Source of the DNA: Sphyrna mokarran
Taxonomy: Eukaryota
Direction of reading: 5' to 3'
Assembly (NCBI GenBank): GCA_024679065.1
Contig: JAGIQG010000040.1
Location: forward strand, 11,966,001-12,030,000
Length of the DNA: 64,000 bases
How positions within the stretch are numbered: position 1 is the first letter of the stretch; each line of letters opens with the position of its first letter. The notes beneath the pieces were generated by a model, which was not told where the DNA came from, did not search any database, and saw only the letters and a program-made list of their open reading frames with translations. Made by a program: the position numbers and the translations under genes. Below, piece after piece: positions 12,027 to 23,914 of this stretch.

Positions 12027-12976
12027 CATCCTGCGCGCTGCACTCTGGGGGAATTCCACTGCCGCACATGCGCCCAGGCAGTAACATTTTAATCTTTTAA
12101 TATTTTGAATTTTAATGATTATTATTCACATCCTCACCCGTCAGACTTTCGGTTCCTTCTCCAATCGGGAATATCGTTTTTTTTTAATTACGTCTCTGTT
12201 TAACAAAGCGCGGTGTACGCTGGGAAAATACTACAGCACATGCGCAGTTCCACTACTTGCCTCTTTATATAAATATGTATTTTATTTAATTTTAATTCCG
12301 CTCCCGGCGGGATTTCCGTGTAGGAATTTTTCTCACTTTCTCCCTTTCTGAACTGTTACTTTTTCCTCGACCGTGGGGGAGGGGCTGACTCTTACGTCAC
12401 GACAATATGGCGGCTGATCCCGCCTCTCTATAGGACCCGGATGTTCCACCAACGAGCAGCAACAGGGCCGGAACGGGCAAGAGATGACAACTGGGCGGAG
12501 CAGCGCCCGGGCTTGTGACAGCGACGACTGATGGTCAGGAAAGGAAATAGCAAGGCTTCCCCAGTTGAGCTGCTCAGAGATATTAGGAACCTCTTCAACT
12601 GGAAACTTCAGCTTCTCACATTCACATGTATCCACCCCTCCATCCATCTCACCCTCCCTCCTTCTTTCCATCGATCCATTTCTCTCTCTCCCATCCACAT
12701 ATCCCTCTCTGCAATAAAACCATTCATTCAGGATAGCTGCTTCATTCTCATTACCTCAGTCTGTCTTCCAGTCTGTATCAAATCCACTCTGTTCCCAGAT
12801 ACTTTATATATTAGATATTACAATTCAAATATTATAATCTTTCTAATTCTGTATTTGTTCAAAGATCACAGACAACAGAGAAATCATCAATTGTACCCCC
12901 ATTCTGAGCTATGGGGTATATTTATACATTTTCTCGTTTCACAAACTTTTGATTAGCTTCTGTTATGATTTTAGTG

Positions 12977-13967
12977 ATGACATGGCAATGCCTGCATTAG
13001 ACTGGGCTAAGCATAGTAAGAAGTTTCACAACACCGGGTTAAAGTGTAACAGGTTTATTTGGTAGCAAAAGCTTTCGGAGTACTGCCCCTTCGTCAGATA
13101 AGTGAGAGTTCTGTTCACAAACAGGCCATTTAAAAATACAAGCTCAATTTGCAAAATAATTGTTCGAATGCGAATCTTTATGGGTAATCAAGTGTTAAAG
13201 GGACATTCTCACATAGAGCACCATCCACCCAGTACACGGTGCATATTCTTGCAACTCGGCCAACGTTATCTACCTGAAATGCTGCAGGAAAGGATGTCCA
13301 GAGCATGGTACATTGGGGAGACCATGCAGATACTACCACAAAGGTTGAATGAAAACCAGTCGACAATCATCAGGCAAGAGTATTCTCTTCCTGTCAGGGA
13401 ACACTTCAGCGGTCACGGGCATTCTGCCTCTGGTCTTCAGTACACTTTCTCCAAGGCAGCCTTCACCACACACGACAGCACAGAATCACTGAGCAGACAC
13501 TGATAGCCAAATTCTAAACACATGAGAACGCCTGAACCAGGATCTTGGGTTCACGTCACACTAACTGAAACCCCATGACTTGTTCTTGCAAAATCTCACT
13601 AACTATCCCGGTTGGAGACAATGCACATCTCTTTAAACTTGCTTAACTCTCTCCCAACTCACATTGTCTGTATCTTTAAGACTTGATTACCTGTAAAATC
13701 TCGCATTGTAAACATTATTGTGTAAATTGAGTTTGTGTCTTTATATGTCCTGCTTGTGAACAGAACTCCCACTCACCTGATGAAGGAGTAGCGCTCGAAA
13801 GCTAGTGGCTTATGCTACCAAATAAGTCTGTTGGAATTTAAGCTGGTGTTGAGAACAAAGAACAAAACAGCACAGGAAACAGGCCCTTCGGCCCAACGAG
13901 CCCGTGCCGCCACCCCGATGTTCCCACGTCTACCCGTGATCTCTGTCTATATTGTGAGAGTTCTTAC
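12977..13967 (+). mobile_element. Penelope-like element remnant with GIY-YIG fragment and inverted terminal repeats
   Basis: AWYIGETMQILPQRLNE...SLPVREHFSGHGHS (GIY-YIG endonuclease). ~13015-13200 is an inverted copy of ~13670-13850. Interrupted by a LINE tail at ~13852-13950. Confidence 0.8.
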
Positions 13968-15014
13968 ATTATTTTAGTTCCCAGCAGTTGGATTAGAGAT
14001 TAACATCAACTCGTCACTACCTCAGTTTATCTCTGTGTTTGTGAGAGTGTGTGCGATAGTTGTATGTCTGCGTGTGTCAGTTCTTGTGTTTGTGTAAGTC
14101 TATGTTTTGTGTGTATGTCTGTGTGTGTTCGTGAATGGGATTATGTGTCTGCCAGTTTGTCTGCAGCTATTTGTTTGAGATTGTATATATCTGTGTATGT
14201 GTTTGTGTGTGTGCCTGTGAGTTTTCCTGTGTCGGTTTGAGAGTGAATGTATCTGTGAATGTGTTCGTGTGTGTATGTCTTCGAGTTCACCTGTCACTGT
14301 TCCTGAGATTGGTATAGTTTCGGTGAATAGGTTAATCTGCATTAAGTTATATTAAAATAAATACAATAGGAACAAGAAAAAAAAACATAATCCTCCAATA
14401 CGATACTTCAGTTGTCTGAAGATATCCCCTATTGCAAGCCTCATTAACATGTAGCACGGAGGATAATCCTGAGATTACTACCCCAGTGGTCCTGATCTAT
14501 CTAACTCCCTGAATTGTCTTCACAGGACCTCTTCCCCTTTCCTGCCTCTGTCATTAATGCCAATGTGGACAATGACATCGATCTGTTCACATTCCCGTTT
14601 CAGGATGCCCTGCACCTGCTCAGAGACACCCAGGATTCTGAAATCAGGGAGGTAACACAGCATCCTAGAATGTTGGTCGCTGCCATGGAAATGCATATCT
14701 ATGCTCCTGACTATCGAGTTCTTCTACGACTTTCATTCACTTGGACCTAGCTCGATCCTTCTCTACAGCAGAACTAGTCATGGTGCCAGAAGCCTGGCTG
14801 CTGCTGGTATTTTCCCCTGAGAGGCTATTTCCCCTTCCCCGGCATTATCCAAAATGGTATATCTTTATGAGAGGGAATTGCCACAAAACTACTGCAGTAC
14901 ATGCCTGTCTGTCCTGGCAGTCACTCTTCTATCTATCCGGATGTGGACTTGTGGTGTGACACCTTATTGAAGCTAGTTCTATCACACTCACTTCTCCCTG
15001 TATGTTCGGCAGCC

Positions 15015-16113
15015 ATAGAATCATAGAGGTTTACAGCATAGAAATAGGTCCTTTGGCCCAATTTATCCACGTCACCCTTTTATTAAACACTAAGCTGGGC
15101 CCACTTGTCATGTTTGGACCATATCCCTCCATACGCATTTTACCCATGTAACTGTCCAAAATATTTTTAAAAGACAAAGTTGTATCCGCCTCTACTACTA
15201 CCTCTGGTAGCTTGTTCCAGACACTCACCACCCTCTGCCTGAATAAATTGTCCTTCCGGAGCTTCTTGTAACTCTCCCCTCTCAGCTCAAATTTACACAC
15301 TTTAGTTTTAGACTCCCCTACCATCTGGAAAAAAACGTTGCCCATCAAACTGATTTATGCCCCCCATTATTACATCAACCCCTATAGGGAACATTCACCC
15401 CTATAAGATCTTATACTGTCCAGGGGGGAAAAGCCAACCTTTCCTTATAACTCAAACCATCAAGTCCCGGTAGCATCCTAACAAATCTTTTCTGCATTCT
15501 TTCTAGTTTAATAATATCCTTTCTATAATAGGATGATCAGAACTGCACATCGTATTCCAGATGTGGTCTTACCAATGTCTTGTGCAACTTCAACACGAAG
15601 TCCCAACTCCTATATTCAGGTTCTAATGATCAAACCAAATTTACTGAATGCCTTCTTCACCACTCTGTCCACCTGTGACTCCACGTTCAATGAGCTACGA
15701 ACCTGTTACCGCTAGATCTTTTGTTCTATAACTCTGCACAACACCCTCCCTTTAAACGAGTAAGTTCTATCCTGGTTTGATTGACCAAAATGGATCACCT
15801 CGCATTTATCTAAATAAAACTCCATCTTCTGTTCATCAGTCCACTCGCCCAATTGATAAAGATCCCGTTGCGATCCGTGATAATCTTCATTGACACCAAT
15901 TTTAATGTCATCTACAATCTTACTAACCATGCCTATAAATTTCTCATCCAAATTATTAATAAAAATGACAAATAACAGTGGACCCAGCACTGATCCACGA
16001 GGCACATTGCTGGTCACAGTCCTCCAGTTTGAAAAGCAATCCTCTAGCATTACCCTCTGTCTTCTGTCATCGAGCCAATTTTGTATCCATTTGGCTTCCT
16101 CCCCCTGGATCCA
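15015..16113 (-). mobile_element. 5'-truncated CR1-type LINE (RT C-terminus and tail)
   Basis: WIQNWLDDRRQRV...VPRGSVLGPLLFVIFINNLD...SKIVDDIKIG; (atagaatc)n tail. Confidence 0.9.
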
Positions 16114-16614
16114 GTGAGAGTGTTTCCAGCCGCTGCTCCAACCGGACCCTGCAGTGTGTAAGGAACTGCAGCTGATCACACTGCTGATCATAGTTATCAG
16201 GGACACTAGAAAGTTCCCTAATCTTCTATGTCTAGAAAAAGGAGCATATCACTGCCCTAACTTCCATCTCTACAATTGGAGACTGAAACAAGAAGAATAA
16301 GTATCTTCCTTACTTTTGACAAAGAGGGACAATCACAAACCCTGAGAGGCAACACCCAGAGGAGTGACGGGATCAGATTTTGGGGTCGGGAGCTCCGAGT
16401 CAGTGATAACTGTGGAGCCTCGACTGAATCTTCCCAGCTTTCTGTCACCTTTCTATTCTCGAGTTTTATTTTAAACAATGGGCGTGGCCTAAATTAACAA
16501 TGTTCAGGCCTGAGGTACTTCAGTTCAGTTCTGAGATCCAGTGTCCCAGAGCAGCCAGACTCTGCAGTCTCCAGCTCCCCGTCACATAAACCATCAGCTC
16601 CGGGCAGCAGGGAG

Positions 16615-16657
16615 ATGGGAATCCTTCTTGTTTTCACCCTGTGTGCCTGTTTACCCC
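16615..16657 (+). CDS. Leader exon of NAR-TCR-like receptor (MGILLVFTLCACLP)
   Basis: ATG, hydrophobic signal peptide, phase-1 donor gtgagt at 16658, then a 148-bp intron to tttccag at 16805. In frame with the V exon. Confidence 0.92.
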
Positions 16658-16805
16658 GTGAGTACCGATCAAACTCACCCACATTGTGTGGATTGGATAT
16701 AAAGCTGTCCCAGTCCATCCCAATTACAGACACTGTTTGGGGTTTTAGCCCCGTTGTGTGGTTCGGATCTGGTGGTCCATCAAACTCTCTGTGTTTAATT
16801 TCCAG

Positions 16806-17081
16806 GATCTTTCAGTCAGTCAGTGACACAAAACCCGACAGAGGTGACCAAGAAGGAGTGTCAGTCTCTCACCATCACCTGTGATTTCTATGGTTATAGT
16901 TATCGCTTAGTAAATGGCGAATTCTTCAAACAAACCCAGCCCGGGAAGGAGAGGGAGCTGATCTCCAACGGAGGGAGATTTACTGTGTCTGTGAACAAAG
17001 CAGGAAAGACATTTTCGCTGGAAATTCGGGATTTGAGAGTTGAAGACGCCGCCACCTATTACTGTAAAGCCAAGTACAAGA
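16806..17081 (+). CDS. IgNAR-type V gene segment (NAR-TCR V, V1)
   Basis: SFSQSVTQNPTEVTKKECQSLTITC...ERELISNGGRFTVSVNKAGKTFSLEIRDLRVEDAATYYCKAKYK. VNAR hallmarks: no CDR2 and ISxGGR. Both canonical Cys are present, plus an extra FR1 Cys; Trp41 is replaced by Phe. Confidence 0.95.
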
Positions 17082-17119
17082 CACAGTGATGGACCTCAGC
17101 TTCCGGCAATACAAAAACT
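17082..17119 (+). promoter_or_regulatory. RSS of V1 (22-bp spacer, 23-class)
   Basis: CACAGTG - 22 nt - ACAAAAACT. Confidence 0.95.
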
Positions 17120-17465
17120 TTCTTTGCGGATTCTCACAGAACCAAAGGAAAAACCGGAGTTAATCTACCCTGAACCACCACCGCGCCCCCCAATCTCACT
17201 ACCCGCCAATCCCTCACACTCCTGAGGCCACAGTTTATTTTTAATAAGACCTGATTATCACCGTTGCTATGTTGAGGTTTATAAATACGGAGTGTGAGTG
17301 GATGGGGCTGTCATTCCCGGGAGTGTTGTCGGTGAATTGAGAATGGAAATGACTGATCCCAGTTACAAACCCTGACACCAGATGGGATCCTCGGCTCACA
17401 GCCGGAACTGGGAGCCACTTTCCGCGCTGTTTAATTCATGTTCCAACATCCCACCCAGTCCCCGA

Positions 17466-17537
17466 GGTTTTGATACTGAATTGTAACACTGTGTAATATA
17501 TGGGAAAGTCACGGTGGAAAGAAGCTGAACAAATACC
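17466..17537 (+). other. D segment (17494-17509, TAATATATGGGAAAGT) flanked by 12/12 RSSs
   Basis: GGTTTTGAT-12-CACTGTG | 16 nt | CACGGTG-12-ACAAATACC. Confidence 0.93.
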
Positions 17538-17849
17538 TGTGCACAATTACACTATCAATACTCAGTACCCAGAGAGTGAATCATTGGTTTGATGATATTA
17601 TCGCTGTGATCGGGATTATTTCTACTGTAATCTCCACCATTCACATCTTTCCTTGATTTTTTTGGCTATATATAAAGTGACTATTTCCTTCCTGCGGCCA
17701 TTTACTGAGAGATCGGGCCTCACAAAATTACAGTTTGAACCGACAGAGACGTTAAAACCTTGAGTATTATTTATTGATTTTAAATCCCCCGAATAATTGG
17801 ACACTTCTCAATGTCTGGTGATGGTTTTCCGGCAGATTGAGATATCGGT

Positions 17850-17938
17850 GGTTTTTGTACCGGGGAGATTGAAGGCGGAGTCACTGTGTAAATATTATGA
17901 TGTGGATGGATCCGGGATGGTGGTGACTGTCACAGCCG
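17850..17938 (+). CDS. J1 segment, IgNAR-type (coding 17889-17938, KYYDVDGSGMVVTVTA), with 23-RSS
   Basis: Perfect GGTTTTTGT-23-CACTGTG; GxG-xxxTV motif with Asp in place of Phe/Trp; phase-1 donor gtaagt at 17939. Confidence 0.93.
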
Positions 17939-19329
17939 GTAAGTGGCTCCAAATCCCGTCTTGTTACAGTCTGACTCGTTTAATCTCCCCCTTCACTTTA
18001 TCATTGTGATCAGTCTGGTTTCAATCCCATCCAATCTTCTTATGGAAAATCATCTCTAACAAATTACGAGTTGGGAGCAGGGTGTAATTCTGGAACCGGC
18101 TCCATTTCAGTCCCGGGGAAAGTCTCTTTGAGAGCTGATGGAGTCGGCGGTCAGTGGGACAGGGATAGTGGGACGAGGCTTCAGGGGAGAGGGTGGTGAG
18201 GCACGGGGTGGGGGTGCCAGTGTTAGGTGTGATGTGGGAGTTGAGAATCTGGATGATTATCGGTTTAAGGAGCACATCAGCATCAAGAACTCTGACACTT
18301 CTGACAGCTTTTAACACACTCAACACTCCGGAATCCACTCTGGATGTTAACTGTGACTGAGGGAGATCTGGCTGTCGCTTCCAGTCCGACAACGGGGTCA
18401 CAAAGCTCTCTCTCCTGGGCAGTAGATTGCAGTCCTAGACCTGGAATGTCAATGAAATACCGGCTGACTGAGATCAGTGTCACTGCGGCCGGTTTATTTA
18501 ACCGCAGCGACTCATTCAATACCTGAACCAGGAGACAAAAAAAGGAAAATTGACACAACGGACCTCAGGAATAATGAACTTATTGCTGTCGGAAGGAATG
18601 CTTTAATAGAGAAATCAGTGACTGAACTTACTGACGTTCGACCCGATATTTCTTTAAATAGCCTTCGTTTAACAAATCACTTTAGTTTTCTTAGTTCAAA
18701 TTACTACCGTTAATGGTTAGTCCTGGAGCATAGATCTTCAGTAATTTTGCCAGGATATTTTAGGGCCAATAGCTTTTTGCAGAATCCAGTACCTTCAGCC
18801 GGTGCTCAGTTTTGTAGAGTTAATTAAACTGACATCACTGATGTTGGGGATCTCTGGAGGAATTCCAGATGGATCATCCAAAGGATATCTGTGCAGGAAG
18901 AATGTTGGCACTGCTTACACTTTATCTTCAGCAGACTGACAACTCACTTATAGAGATACTGCTGGGATTGCCTCCTGAAGTCTTTCATTGAACAAGTATT
19001 ACTCTCTTGTTCGCTAATGTCAATGCAGGGGACATGCTGGCTCATGAGGTTACAGATTGTGTCTGAGTATAATTCTGCTGTCCATGGCCCATTGTGCCTT
19101 AGGTGCCAGGCAATCAGTTGCTAAATCTGCCGGAAATCTATTCTGTTCGGTCTGATGACGGTGCCACACTACAAGATGGAGTGTAGCTCAATGTGAAGTT
19201 AGGGCTGAGAGAGGGGGATGATGTGGAAATCGTTGAGGGAGAACAGGAGAATAGCAAAGAATTGTGATGAGATTTTTTTGAACAAGCAATACGCAATTAA
19301 TCGACAGGGAGAGATAGTTCGGATTATCT

Positions 19330-19910
19330 CTGGAGAATGCTAAAAATATAATTATCACGAATTGATAATGAGACTTGTGGAAGTTCGGAGTGAAATGGAC
19401 TCCTGTCGGGAATACTGTGTAAAATTTGGTCTCCTTTGTTATAGAAAAGTCAACATACTTTGGAGGGAATTTACATTTTCTTTTGTGAAGAGATTGAAGA
19501 CCCAGATTTTAATTTGAGGTTGGAGGAATTAGGAGTGATCTCATTAGAATTTATCATATTCTCAAAGGACTAGACAAAGCATATTTTAGGTGGTTGTTTT
19601 TTTTTCTTAGGCGGGGGAGTCTATAACTTGAGGTCACATTTTCAGAATAACAGTTCAGCCATTTGGATTAAGAAGAGGAGAAATTTCTTCAGTCAAAGCC
19701 ATTGTGGTGAATCTGAAAATTCTGTACAGCAAAGAGCAGTGGTTAGTCAGTGTCAAACACATTCAAGGCAGCGTTTGTTATATATCTGTTCACTAAAATA
19801 GTCCGGGGGAATGGGTCAACGCAGGAATTTCTTGTTGAGGCAGAAAATAAACTGCAACGTTACTGACTGATGGCGTAGCTTTGAAATGTGAAACGGCCGC
19901 TCTTCCTTCT
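19330..19910 (+). mobile_element. Highly decayed CR1-type LINE 3' fragment
   Basis: gaatactgtgtaaaatttggtctcct and gaggagaaatttcttcagtca motifs. Confidence 0.55.
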
Positions 19911-21529
19911 ATTAGTTGGAAATTTTGCTTCGATTTCTGCATTTCTCAAGAAATCAATCCGCAACAATTTCTGGGGTCTCTTTACATCTGGAGATTAGAG
20001 AACAGTGAAGAGGATTCTTGGAAATGGTTCATGTAACGAACAGGTTAATGAGATGTATGTGACCAAATTATTTATTTTTGGGTGTGTCTGGAGCAAGGGG
20101 CTATTAATATCTGATAGTGTTACAATCCCAGTTGATGTTACTATTGGATAGGAAGCTCCCAGATGAAAATTTGACTGGAAATAATGTAGTGTATTCTTCT
20201 GTTTTAGAACAATGGGGGGAATTAAATAACTGGATGGCCAATTAGATTTTAGTAATAGAAGATAAAACATTTATCAATCATGAAAAAATTTTCTATGACA
20301 CAATTTACTATGACAGCCCAACTCTTCATGACTGTACACAGACTTTAAGGATAACACAGATTGCAAAATAAATCTTTGCTATAATGTACCCTGTAAATGC
20401 AAACTCTGTAAAGCAAAAGGTCATTGTCTTCAGCTACACCCCATTCCAATACCCAGTGGTAGATACCATACAATCAAATTTCTGTGAATTGCTCCTCAAA
20501 ACCCCAGAGATCATTAAAAGCTATGAGCCAACTGGCCTCTCCAGACTCTCACATAGACACAAGTGTTTCCCATTCCCCACGTTCGAAAAGTCATGTCTTT
20601 GGTAAATTCTACCAAATAATTCTTTGCCTGCACTACTTTCAGCAAGGATCCACTTCCAGAATTTCGCATTTTGATTTCACTATTCCTCTATCTTGAATTC
20701 CCATGTGCATTCAAGTCTCCATACAAGCTCAGAGGTGTGTCGCCATGCCAATACTGCTTCATTGGCCTCACCAATATTATGATTATATCTGAAAGCTGGC
20801 TGGCCAACTTTACCAGGTCTGTGCAGTTCAGCTCTGCATTTAGCTGGGGGCCTTTGTCTCTGTCCCGTCTTCAACTTTGAGAAACAGTACATAGTTCAGT
20901 TTCGAGTTCCTTTGCACCCCCCCCCACTCCTCCCTCTCAGTTCAGTTTTCCTGGAACGTTTTCATTTCAGTTCCTTGGTTTCCAAAACTATGTGTTTTTT
21001 TATTATCTGGGATTTTTTTTTCTTCTTCTCCTTACTCCACTTATTGTTTCTGCTTTGACAGAGCAGGTGTTTTTTGGCTCATTGCGTATCTCCTAAAGCC
21101 TTGGGTCCAGTTAAACGCCTTCCTAATACAAAGGTGGCTCCTGGTTCCCAAGGAACAGTCTATTCCTACTTTACAGCATTTTATTTTTCATGCCATTAAC
21201 TCCCTTGGTATATTACAGACACCGTTTAAAATGAACGAAAAACCCCATACATACAAACACATTTGTTTGATATCATGCTAACTAGAGTTTTACCCTACTT
21301 TGTGCAGAAATGCTAAACTAAACTCAATTAAATATATATCTTACTTTTAATATTCAATAATACAATCACAGGTTGCAGAAACCACCTCTGCCTCCTGACA
21401 ATAGTGATTCAGAGAAAATCTAAATATCAAGAAGCAAAATTTAAAGTATCGGCCAGGATGTGGAACTCACTGTCATTTTGAATGTTTGGAGCAGCAGGTA
21501 CTGATGCATCTATGGGAAAACTTGAAAAT

Positions 21530-21996
21530 CAGTAAAGTCTGGCAACACCAATTTTAAATTGAACCGATTTATTTGATAGTAAATCTGTGAGATTTCGGCC
21601 TTTGTGGCCTTCGTCAGGCGAATGAGGTGTTCTGGTCTCCAAAAGCACACATACCAGCACAGACAGTTTACAGATTACTGATTAGAATGCGAATCCTTAC
21701 ACCTAACCTGCCATTCAAGTCTTAAAGTGGCTATAAGTAATCCTTCTATCCTCTGCTGTTAGCCACTTTAAGACTTGCATAGCAGGTTAGGTGTAAGGAT
21801 TCACATTCTAATCAGCAATCTGTAAACTGTCTGTGCTGTTATGTGTGCTTTTGGAGACCAGAACACCTCATTCGCCTGACAAAGGCACAAACGCCGAAAG
21901 TTAGCAGATTTACTATCAAATAAATCTGTTGGATTAAAATTGGTGTTGCCAGACTTTAATGAGTTTACCCCAGTCCAACGCTAGCATCTCTACATC
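21530..21996. mobile_element. Palindromic non-autonomous Penelope-like insertion with 13-bp TSD
   Basis: Arms 21533-21733 and 21760-21958 are near-perfect reverse complements. TSD aaaacttgaaaat at 21517-21529 and 21997-22009. Ends resemble the PLEs at 13.0 and 51.7 kb. Confidence 0.85.
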
Positions 21997-22884
21997 AAAA
22001 CTTGAAAATATCAGAGGGAGAACAGACTGACACAGGGAGCTGGATGGGAACGATCAATTAGAAAACGGCGGGTTGAGGTTGGTCTGGAATAGTTACACAG
22101 ACATAACTGTGTAGGTCGAATTGTCTCTTCTTCTGCTGCTGTTCTATAAAATTTATAACATAGAGAAAACTCTGCCCAGAGAAGCCGGGAGAGAGTCAGT
22201 TAATGAGCAGAAAAAAAATGAACTAATCAGAGATCCAGTGAGTAACAGGAAAACCACTGCGGAAACTGAACAGAATGAGCACAACTGACAACAAGTACGA
22301 GACTTTGGGATATGTTTCCAAGACACAAGAAACAAGAAACCCAAACAACAACAAGTAAATGAAATGAATCTGATTAGAGATTTCAATGTAAAGTGAAGGA
22401 GGGAAAACATAATACTGACAGAAAATAAACAAATAGATTTAAAAGAAAGGCTCCCAGAAAGTGTTAAATTCAATTAAATGTCTGTACATTTGGCCACCGT
22501 TGTTCAGCATGTTTCTGCCCTGTTGAAGCTGATGAATCACAATCATTTTTGTTGGATCTTGCTGTGCATTGTGATGTGAGCAGTTGGGTTACGCTTTGAC
22601 AAGCATTTCTAGAAATGGATTGCGTCACTGATAACAAAATATTCCCTCAGTTTGTGTCTCAACATGGAAACTGGAAGCTGAAACCGAGTATATATGGTAG
22701 AATCATTTAGCATGGAAGGGCGACATTCGGCCCCTTGGGTAGATGCTGCCCCTTTATAAATGAAATCCAATTCTTCCACAAACTATGAATATTCCTGATA
22801 AACCTGTTGTTTTCCTGTTCATGTATGTGATCATTCCTCATTCATAATTCACTCTTAAACCAGCTCTTACTAAGCTGACAATGT

Positions 22885-23360
22885 GTTCATAGATTCACAG
22901 AATTTACAGCAAAAAGACAGTTTTTTTGTTCCAAACTGATCCATGTGCCGATCAAAATGCCCATCTAAGCTCAGTCATTTGTCTGCTTTTGGCCCATTCC
23001 CCTCTAAAACTTTTATTTTGGACAGATATGTCTTTTAAATGTTGCCAATGTCCCTGCCTCAACCACTTCCTCCGGCAGCTCATTCCTCATATGCATCCCC
23101 CTCTGTGTAAAAAAAAGTTTGTTTTTCCGTGCAGGTTCCCGTTAATTCCTTCTTGTTCTTGATTCTCAACCCTGGGAATAAAATTGAGTTCATTCACTCT
23201 ATCAGTGCCTCTTATGACCTTATACAGTTTTACAAGATCACCTGTCTGTCTCCTATGCACCAAAGGGAAAAGTCCAATCTCTGCCTGTAACTCAGTCCTT
23301 GAGTCCTGGTAACACCCTTGTTAATCTCTTCTGCACTCTCTCCAGTTTAATAACATCGTT
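22885..23360 (-). mobile_element. CR1-type LINE 3' end
   Basis: Homologous to 15015-15520 (tcctggtaacacccttgttaatctcttctgcactctctccag). Confidence 0.7.
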
Positions 23361-23564
23361 GCAGATCATTTGTGCATTTGTGTTTATTTGTGTAAAATAG
23401 AATGTCACCTCATTGTACACTGGTTTATAGAGTAAGTGAATCTCGTTCCATTGGAATTAAAATAATAATTACACCGCATAAAACTGAGCTAATCCTGCAA
23501 CTGTCACAATCCCTGGGTAAAAAGTGGCAAGACTTAAAAAAGTGTATTTTTTGTTATCCTGCAG

Positions 23565-23875
23565 ATTCTCTTTCCCTGGTATCCAAGAATCCGCCTCTCC
23601 AAATCTCTGCTGCCGATAACACGGTTACTTTAAGCTGTGAATATTCAGGGTTCTGTCAGTACACAGTGCACTGGTACAGTCAGTCCCCAGGACAGGGTCT
23701 GAAATACTTGCTTCAGAAAGACACTTCCGGAGAGGACAATAAAGAAAACGCTGCCGGAGGGAGAATTTCTGGTTCTATCGATTCTGTTGAGAAAATCAGC
23801 CGGTTAAAGATCTCCGAACTGCAACTAAACGACTCGGCTACCTATTACTGCGGACTGAGTCGGCACAACCTGAAC
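23565..23875 (+). CDS. Leaderless TCR-delta-type 'supporting' V segment (V2)
   Basis: Acceptor ttgttatcctgcag, phase 1, in frame with J1. DSLSLVSK...VTLSCEYSGFCQYTVHWYSQSPGQGLKYLL...DSATYYCGLSRHNLN has canonical C23/W41/C104, a full CDR2 and an extra Cys in CDR1. Confidence 0.95.
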
Positions 23876-23914
23876 CACGGTAGTTGAATCTCTCTTAACA
23901 CCCGGACAACAACC
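23876..23914 (+). promoter_or_regulatory. 23-RSS of V2
   Basis: CACGGTA - 23 nt - ACAACAACC. Confidence 0.85.

Noticed and set aside
17586-17608. Possible second D RSS (ggtttgatg...cgctgtg) between D and J1
   Set aside because: The spacer is only 7 nt and there is no 3' RSS.
18905-18960. J-like stretch (actttatcttcagcagactgacaactc)
   Set aside because: No FGxG motif, no RSS and no donor in register.
23402-23564. ATG-initiated in-frame extension upstream of V2 as its own leader
   Set aside because: Not a hydrophobic signal peptide. It crosses a clear polypyrimidine/AG acceptor and is best read as intron.
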